A DNA stretch of 64,000 nucleotides, from assembly GCA_000934665.2 (NCBI GenBank), contig KZ538079.1, forward strand, positions 62,001-126,000. The letters are read 5' to 3'. The position numbers and the translations under genes are program-made. Positions 55,099 to 64,000 of the stretch are shown in pieces. The notes beneath the pieces were generated by a model that made no database searches, was not told the DNA's origin, and worked only from the letters and a program-made list of their open reading frames with translations. This DNA is from Catajapyx aquilonaris (taxonomy: Eukaryota). Position 1 is the stretch's first letter. The number at the start of each line of letters is the position of its first letter.

Positions 55099-55385
55099 CG
55101 CAGTTGTTTTACACATGCGGATTTTGCAGGACATAACTTCTATCATTAGTTAAATGCTCATATAACTATTTGACTCAGCAGTATATTACTGCCATCGATA
55201 AGAAATCTCCTAGTGTTCGAACACAGGTGTCCAAGAACACCGATCTGCATCATATGGGAGAGACCAGGCTATGAGGATGTGTCATGCACCAGCTTCGCTG
55301 CATAAACGATACATGTGAACGTAAATGGCGGGGCGTAACAAATGCAGGTCATCGCCTTGCAACAAGACAAAACATTCATTCAGAT
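55099..55385 (+). repeat. Direct-repeat copy A (internally deleted) of 56958-57507
   Basis: 55099-55322 is near-identical to 56958-57184, and 55336-55385 matches 57458-57507. Confidence 0.9.
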
Positions 55386-56957
55386 CTAGACCAATGGCGT
55401 TTGGTCCAGACGTTTGTCTGACTCTCACGCAGGAATAAAGAAAGGAGGCAGATCCCACCAGCCCGCCAAATCCAGAGCCGGGCTTGCAGGGCAGACGTCC
55501 AGCCTTCGTGGATTACTACGCCCAAATCTTTGGAAGACAGGACCCGCGGAGGGACACCAGCAGACCGACCGGACGCCCTGTGCCAGCAACAAGGGACGGG
55601 TCGGGGAGAGAATCCCGATTGGACATGGACCACGGGATACAAGAGCCAGAACTACCCGACGAGGACCGGATCTCCGAAGACGAATAACAGTGAAACACGT
55701 CAACATAGTGAAGTGTTTTATCTGTATCAGTTTCCCAAGGGAAAAGAAATTCATTTCCCTATATTTTTGTTTTTGTGGGGCATTTTTCTTCTTCTTTTAT
55801 CTCTCTCATAATAAGTGTGGCACCAACAGTGAACTCGTGAGTGTATGCTTTAAATAACTATCAGTGTGTATCACATGTCGTCTCTAGACAGAAATCTTGA
55901 ATACCAGTCATGAGTGACAACGTTTGGTTTACAAATGTGAAATATACTTTTGGGACGGTACCCAAAAGTCCTGAAACAGAGGGGAGGATGTCACCATTTC
56001 TGAGTAAGCTATAGTCATTGCAACATTTTCATTAGTTTTGAGCAGCCTTTCACATAACATGTTGTGTAACTTATATCGTGTTTTTTTCGTTCGTCATACG
56101 TATGGCGACCTCGCCCGTAACAACATTTAAATGTACTTGCGTCAGGATGTGTGATGCACATCCGGATGCAACTCACAACTAAATAGACGAATCGGAAGTG
56201 ATCTTGATGATATCGATGGAATTAGGTAACCTAATGTGCGTCTTTCCACCAGAGTGTGCGTCATTGGTAACCTGGGTAAAGTAGTTCACATGTATTTAAT
56301 TCGACATAAAATGACGGTTTTGGCTTGCTCGAGAGCAGAGATCTCCAGGGCACAGCACCACCAATACTCAGTAACTTGGCGACATTCTCTCTCTTCGGAC
56401 GTTCAGAAAAAGTTAGTAGTACGATTCAACCATATTGTATTCAGATTCACCTAAGTTTTTACGAACACTCTGAAAGAGTGTCTGGATGTACGTAAAGTGT
56501 GACATATTGTCTTTACATAGCCATATAGTAATAGTTAACTTGAAGAACAAATAAATACTCTGCTTGTTGTTTTAACCGGTGTACAGCTCTTATTCTCAAC
56601 CTGCTCCACAGAAAACTTAAAGTCGACTGAACCTACCCTAAATAAATTAATGTCGATGACAATTCTCTGTAGATAATGACTGGTGACACTTCATTGATGC
56701 CAAAATCATATGTATTACGAGAATGGACATTTTTGCCCTCCCTCACCTCAATTCAGATACATCCAGTAACCAAACACACTTTATTTTCTGTCTAGCACAA
56801 AATTTGCATATCCACTTTAAAAATACAGGCAGGCATTTCAGCACATGCATAGGTGTACAAAAAACCAGCCGTGCAGCCGCGGAGAGATCGTGCACTGTTT
56901 TTCTCTGCGTGACCAATCATTTCAACCGTATGTCGCCGGCAGTCGAGAAGGTCCCCC

Positions 56958-57507
56958 CGCAGTTGTTTTACACATGCGGATTCTGCAGGACGTAACTTCT
57001 CCTATCATGAGTTAAATGCTCATAAAACTATTTGACTCAGCAGTATATTACTGCCATCGATAAGAAATCCCGTAGGGTTCGAACACAGGTGTGCAACAAC
57101 ACCGATCTGCATCATATGGGAGAGACCAGGCTATGAGGATGTGTCATGCACCAGCTTCGCTGCATAAACAATACATGTAAACGTTCCGAAGTCCGCCCTG
57201 GTCAGGGATACACGCACATTGCACATAGCCTGCGACATTCAGGCCAGACACGAGGTGGATGATGGAATTTGCGACCAAGTCCACACATACCAGTGCGACA
57301 CTTACCACACAAGTTACCACGTCCTGAGGGGGACCTGGAATATCCAGGACGTCGCCCGGAAATGTAGTGATAACAAAACGATCGTTTCACCCGGAATTAA
57401 GGATGGAGAAGAGGACCTGCCAAATGGGAGACACGTTTCAGGATGGAACACGCCCATTAACAAATGCAGGTCATCGCCTTGCAACAAGACAAAACATTCA
57501 TTCAGAT
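56958..57507 (+). repeat. Direct-repeat copy B (longer)
   Basis: Same two blocks as copy A, separated by about 270 bp that copy A lacks. Confidence 0.9.
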
Positions 57508-57511
57508 GTGG

Positions 57512-58004
57512 ATGCATCACTTCATTCAAGCAAAGCACAAGTGCCACAAGGGCTGCTTTGGTATGCAAGGAATGGAAAGTTTAGCTAGCAGCATAATCTT
57601 TGTCGCACACCAGACGGCATAAAAATACTGAGGCGAGGACCTCTACAGCATCAAATTTCAGTTAAAAAATTATGCATCACTTCATTCAAGCGAAGCACAA
57701 GTTACCACACAGGCAGCTTTGATATGCAAGGAATGGAAAGTTTAGCTAGCAACATCATCTTTTTCACACACTGAGGCACCAGGCAGTCCCTATCTACGAG
57801 GCCCTGACCACTATATGTGGACACTTTGATTTCCTGCACCTGGACATGACTTGCTGTCCTGGCTCCACCAGGGACCATTTCACACAAGACAGATTAAAAA
57901 TACTGAGGAGAGGACCTCTTTGACATCAAATTTCAGGTGCAACTCACTTCATTCAAGCGAAGCACAAGAGCCACATGGGCTGCTCTGGTATGCAAGGAAT
58001 GGAA
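57512..58004. repeat. Three diverged tandem copies of a ~160-bp unit
   Basis: TCACTTCATTCAAGC.AAGCACAAG...TATGCAAGGAATGGAA occurs at about 57517, 57677 and 57944; AAAAATACTGAGG.GAGGACCTCT...CATCAAATTTCAG occurs twice. Confidence 0.85.
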
Positions 58005-61000
58005 TTTTCATTAACAAAAAGATTGGTGTGAGCGACATTATTACAGTTTCCCTGCTGTTCATCATTCCCCAGCAGCATATGTGACACATACAAGAAGACA
58101 GCCTTGTCATAATATTATCCGTAAGTATTATTATATTGATATATATCCTTTTACTCTCTGCTATTAAGTCTCAAATAACCTCTACTTGTGCAATCTCTTA
58201 TTTATCTGGTCCACAGATAACTTTTGTTCATCAATTGACTCAGAGGGTTTTTCATTAACACTGCATCACATCAGATGCTCCCCGAGCCTCTCAAGAGTGC
58301 CCATCTCTTGGTAAGTAACAATAAGCACTGCAAACGCAGTAACCTGGCCAACTTATTTCTACTCAAAGAGGCAGTTGTAGAATGGACTGAAATCTGCAGT
58401 GCATTTCCTTTTTCTATCCCACTACAGTTTCATCACACCAAACCTCAGGCATAGCTGTCAGTACAAAGCTGACCAACTGGACACTATATCAGAGCCTCCT
58501 GGGCAAGAGAGTAACATTATTACCATACAATAAGGCAAATGACACATATTAATGCTGCTATTAAGCTGATCAAACTCCACTTTCCATCAGCCAAGAGATC
58601 GCTGCAGCATTAGTTATACCATATAGAAAAGTATGTGTGATTAACTGGACTTCAATGTGACAAATGGCTCATTTATGAATGCCATTAAATTTAATTCCAT
58701 TGAACCCAAACTTCATATTAACTGATTGTTCAGTTATCAATATTACACTGCAGTGCTTATTCTTTTTCTATCCCACTACAGTTTTGTCATATCAGAACCC
58801 AGCTACAACTAGCAGTACGATCCTGACCTGACCCATGTATGCAACTGTACTCTTCATTTAAATCATGTTGCGGTTGGCCATCATTAGAAGATTTTGGGTT
58901 TCTCTCCTTCAGGCTCAAGTGCTCAGAGTTGTCACAATATATCACCTACTTGAAGTGGCTGTTACATGTCTTTTGAGATTCGGACGTATTAATGAAACTT
59001 CTTCCGCCCTTCCCCTCTATATTTCTCCAGACCGAGTGGCCAAAAATGGCCCAATCTATGAGAGGGCCACGAAACAACTGTGTTGAATTTAGCATCGCCT
59101 ATATGTGGCAATGATATGTAATGTGGCATGTGCATGATTTCAACTTGACCCACATGGGACTGAAAATATTCTGAGTAATTAATTCATGGGAATACCTTCA
59201 ACTTGGATTATTCTCCTCTATGGTATATCATAATACAAGCTTCCCAAAAACGGGGTCATGTAAATTAAAAAAAAGACAAAAGAAAAGAAAAAATGATCCA
59301 AAATTAATTCCTTAGATCTCATGCTGTAATCCCCAGAACTATCCAGTTCCAGATAACATGTTAACTTGCATAATCACATACCATCTACTTTTCATATGCC
59401 TGACCCAGAGATCAGGCCAAGTGACCATATTGCACATGTCGCTCTCAGTGACAAAATTGTAAACAGGTGCCTACAATTATTATTGATTATTGGGCATGTG
59501 CATATCTGCTAGGGCAAGGAGATAAAATGAGGGCATTGGCTTATGTAACAGATTCCTATTTAGCAGAGTAGGACTTTCACTTGCACTTGAACTAAAAAAT
59601 GTCCACTCACCAAAATAGTATCCAGAAGAACAAATTTTCAAATCTCTCCCATTCAAAAAGTGCTATGAGTTTTCTTACAAGGTTTTGCAATCAGTATGGC
59701 AAAAAAAAAAAAAATGTATATAGAGCAACATGCTCAGGAATATTCTGCATCTCACAATTCATGACATTTCAATACTCACTGATATAATACTTCAGATTTT
59801 ACCAGTTCATTGCAGTCAATGGGAAACACCAACACATGTCATGCAAAATAAGTTTTTGGCCCCATTTTAAATAAATCCTTAATGAATTCATGTGTAATTG
59901 CAAAACATATGTCAAAATAAATCAATGAGGCTTATTAGCACTTCAACACAATGACCATCTTAGTTCAGCGCAGCAGCTGCTAATTTTTTGGCCACACCAT
60001 AATTATGTTTCTTTTTTCTTCTTCCTCAGGTCAGATACCCATGAGGCTGAAGATAATTATTCTTGTGTGCGACTCGCTACTTATTTAAGTCATAAATTAT
60101 CCTCCCAGACTGTCACTTCCGCAACTGTCAAAAACGCACTCCAACCAATGTTTGGTAACTACCACCAAATGACATAGGCCCATCATGTTTAAAAAAAAAA
60201 AGCTGCAATGGGCATCATACGGCTTCATACTATTACATGATAATCACACTTAAACAATTGCCCATAGCAAACTTGTATGACATTACATATTTCTCATCTG
60301 CTAGGCTTAAATGCCATTCATTATACCAGAAGCCCCCCTTTCAAAAAAAAACAACTAAAAAACTAAAAAAATGAGGGCTCAACTTAAGGTACTTCTTGTT
60401 ACAAGTCATACTATTCTTATTGTTATCAGTGATACTGCAAACTTCCTTCCAATGAAGTCAAGTCCATTAAAAAATTTCACCATAAAATTTCTCTTTTCCC
60501 CTCATAGCATGATTAAATTCAAATTGCATGTAATTCTCACACACGACTTTTCCACTCTGTCCCATATTGGCCACCTCATGTCAAATGCAATCCTTTGGCT
60601 CTTGCATTACATACGATCTGATGCGCATCCTTGGTCCTGGGTCCTTGGCAGTAGTAGTCCTCTTCTTCAAGTTGGCTCATGTATGTAGCATTCAGGTGAC
60701 ATCATGCAGTGTACAAGACTCCATTTGTGGAGACGTTTCCTGATGCATCAACTGAGACGAAGCTGTAACAATAACAAGTCACTCCATGCAAAACTCTGAA
60801 AGCCACTCGACTTACATTCAAAGTATGTAATCATGCTTCCGGGGCAAGTGCTGAGGTTTCAAAGACGAGCTGCTGCCTGTTTCTTCAAGGATAACCAAAG
60901 GTCATTTCTGCCCCCATCAGGCCCCAACCCTGTGCCTGTAAATAATTAAAAAAACAGGCATGAATAATCGTTCAGTGTGCTCTGTCCACACGCTAACAGC

Positions 61001-63530
61001 ATTAAAAAACACCCAAAGCATGTGGGATAATTATGTTCTAAGGAATTTCTTGCCCACTCTGGTGTACACTTGTGCCTCAAATGGTCCTGACTAATCCAGT
61101 CCTCAGGTTCAGGTCCAGACAAGATGAAAAGCTATCACAGGAAACAAGCTAGCAAAATTCTGATATGGCCAAGCTCTTATCTAAGCATGACCCTGCCTCT
61201 CCAGCATTACCGTTACACCGAACTGCATCCAGACAGAACTGGTTCCAACAACTCAAAATTTGGGCACAAGTTTCCCTGCCATTTTTAACAATTCGCAAGC
61301 CAGTTACAGCCTATTTAAAAATGGTCAAGCTAGGCCTGAGCCTAAAAATGGAACAAAAATGAGGCCTAACTAGGGCTGGTTATTTCCATGGGCATGCCAC
61401 CCGCTGTAATTGTTCCACGCACCCCCAACGGGCTCTCGACCCAGCGTCACCATTCCGGGTCTGACCTGGCCCTTAAATTCGGGTCAAAATCCAGATAAAC
61501 CAGGAGGGCCAAAGAGACATTCTTCCATGTCCATGACGTCACTAAAGGTTCCAAAGCGTCATTCGTCATAGCATAGCTGCTTAGCAATCGCGGTTATCGA
61601 GTGCGACCAACAGCTACATAGATAAAGAGTAATAAATTGGTACGAAAGGGGAATGTCCAAATCGCAATCAATTCGCAATATGCAGTTTCACATAGTACGC
61701 GAGGGCATAAATCTGCATTTATACTTGCCTAGGAGACCCCACCCAGGGTTAGAATGCCAAATCGCGACAACCAATAGCTATTTAGCGGCTACTAGCGGTT
61801 CTAGTTGCCACATTGCCAAAATCGAAAATGTACGGCTAAATTCTTATAAAAATTAACACGAAATATTTGGCTACTGCACACTTAACCAAGTTCGTAACAA
61901 AATTTCGCGCAATCTCGACAAATAATGCAGGAAATAAAATCGGTGTGAGCGCCAAATGCAAATAGCCTACTACATTTTCATTTTTCATATTACTAATTTC
62001 ATCATTATGCGACACTTACCGTCACTTTGGCTCCTCACGCGTTGGCTACAAATAACATGATTGTAGATCAGTCGACATTCGACGTCCAGACGGGGTCAGA
62101 CGGGGCAATTTTGGACAACTAGAAGCGACTAGAAGAGAGCTTGAGCTTGTGGCGAGACGTCCCGGTCTCCCGGAGAAGTGGAAAAAAAAGAGTGGGGACT
62201 GGGGGTGTGGGGCCCACGCGCCCACCGGCCACAGCCAGAACCAGAACCCTCAACCCAGAAGGGTCTCTTGGTAGGGTGAAAAGTGATAAGGCCTTCTTTG
62301 TCTGCGCCTGTTGGAGGGGTCCTGTGCCGGGGGGTCCGGGGTCCTTCGGGATGCCAGATGGCCAGGTTGCCACATGTCCAAACCCGTCATGAATGCCAGG
62401 TATTCTTTGAGTTTCACCATGGGTCATTGCCAGTTTGCCACGTTATACGAAAATGTAATGCAGGACAACGCATGTTCAACAAATATTCACTCCTTGACAC
62501 GTACATAGACATCCTGCTTTATCATATAACCACATGTCCACATGGCGCATAGTTGATTTCCAGCATGTGCCTCGTTTCCATATCTGGCAGATTGAGAATC
62601 TTAAATATTATTGGTGTATTATTGTATGAATGTCACAGTGGTACCATTGTGCTTGAGCGACTGAGCGTCATAACCTCCCAACTGCATGTTTCATACATCG
62701 TGACTCTCCTTTTAAAATTCAAATGCGTCTTAGCCAACGGATAGAGAAAGTAGACAGCTCAACCCAAAGCCAACCCAATGAGAAGCCAAAAATGCTATAG
62801 TTTTGTCATCCCATACAAGACAGATTGCTGGCACCCCTCATATAATTTCCAAAATGCCCATTCCTGACGAGTCCATTGTGTCAGATAATGTATCTTCACA
62901 TTTCCTGCCGCATAGGCCAATATATTATTAAGTCTCAAATGGCTGCTCGGGCAAGACTCCGGGGCATGATGGGGGTACGATATATATATCCACTTTCAGT
63001 TATATCCCTTTTCAACAGTTTTGAGATAAGAAAATGAAATAAAGCAATTTTAATACGACGGACATGCTGAAATGGGAAGGGACAGAATGCTGACCGTGAC
63101 GCAGACCATATAATGCATATTCCAGATACATGCACCCATCTGGTGGTCTGGACTCTCACTTTTTGCACATGGCTTTGGCAGAACTTACAGAGCCTTGCTG
63201 TGTAAGAACCGAGAACTGCGAATGAAAAGGCTTGCATAGTGTCGACATCTCGACTACCCTTCCACGGTTCACATCGACTCAATCTCAAAGACTTGTTAAG
63301 AAGTTAAAATACGGTAAAATATTATCTGCAAGTTCAAGACAAGAAATTATGCGATTATTATTATCATTATTATATTCTGTTAGGCGGATCTGAAATATTC
63401 TCAGTCACATATAGGTTGGCGAGTAATGTAACTCGTACATTCCTGTATAGCGATAAGTCTCTCCCTTCCCTTGCCAGAAAATTGTCCACAAATCTTTCGG
63501 GTGACTATCATCAGTTTCATCACTAGACTA

Positions 63531-63812
63531 ATAATAATTCATACCCCGTTATCAGGCATCGGCTCTTTAGGGGGGAAGTTTGTTTTGCCTGGAACTCTTT
63601 GCTTTCATTTTACTGTGCTCTTTGAGATAGGATAGGGACGGAAGGAAGAGGCTGTGGCCTATTAATTACGGAAGCAACTCCGGAATTTTCCTGGAAGGAC
63701 CGTGGGAAACCACAGAAAACCACGGTCAATGTTGCCAGCCCCGGGATTTGATCCCAGGACCTCTTGATTAGCGGCAGTCGGACACCATATCCCCTCCTCC
63801 AAACTGCTTCGG
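63531..63812 (-). mobile_element. tRNA-derived SINE with 15-bp target-site duplication
   Basis: On the minus strand: 5' tRNA-like head with B-box-like GGGATCAAATCC, body ...GTGGTTTCCC...CCAGG.AAATTCCGG...TAGGCCACAGCC.CTTCCTTCC typical of arthropod SINEs, and an ATT tail. TSD TTCATCACTAGACTA at 63516-63530 and 63813-63827. Confidence 0.88.
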
Positions 63813-64000
63813 TTCATCACTAGACTATAGCCTACTGCTAGGTGGGGGAAAATACAAATTCTGATTTGAGTTGCGCTAGTTAAAAAATCATATAGGCTAC
63901 AGCATCGCTCCTACCGGAAGAGAGGGTACTACCATCCGCATCTTTTTCCTCGGGGTTGCACCACATATATTAATATCGCGGCAAATCCAGACGGACACCC

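Noticed and set aside
54825..55149. Ser/Thr/Pro (TSSPS) mucin-like ORF and the hydrophobic antisense ORF
   Set aside because: Alternative frames of the 36-bp repeat; codon bias favours the YEQPK frame.
63740..63812. tRNA gene
   Set aside because: Degenerate A box and no clean cloverleaf; it is the head of the SINE.

Overview
Eukaryotic, very probably arthropod, genomic DNA. It shows GT-AG introns, TA-flanked MITEs and a tRNA-derived SINE, with no prokaryotic features. The window is dominated by one + strand gene for an IQ-motif/Sec7/PH ArfGEF of the IQSEC/BRAG family (Drosophila schizo/loner). Six constant coding exons (41920-48573) splice in frame and end in a PDZ-binding motif (-STEV). The ~42 kb upstream look like a large intronic/regulatory region. 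It holds at least six candidate alternative first coding exons, all ending at a phase-2 donor that fits the first constant exon; one encodes a myristoylation/palmitoylation/polybasic N-terminus. It also holds a consensus recursive-splicing ratchet point (14510/14511), a phased array of eight CCAAT boxes (6051-6283), several MITEs and satellites. Downstream (~50.7-64 kb) lie decayed sequences: hairpin MITEs, a probable DEG/ENaC pseudogene, a Ty3/gypsy gag relic, a Tyr-rich coding fragment, local duplications and a SINE with a 15-bp target-site duplication. All calls were made by eye; the alternative first exons and pseudogene identities are inferences that need RNA-seq and HMM checks.
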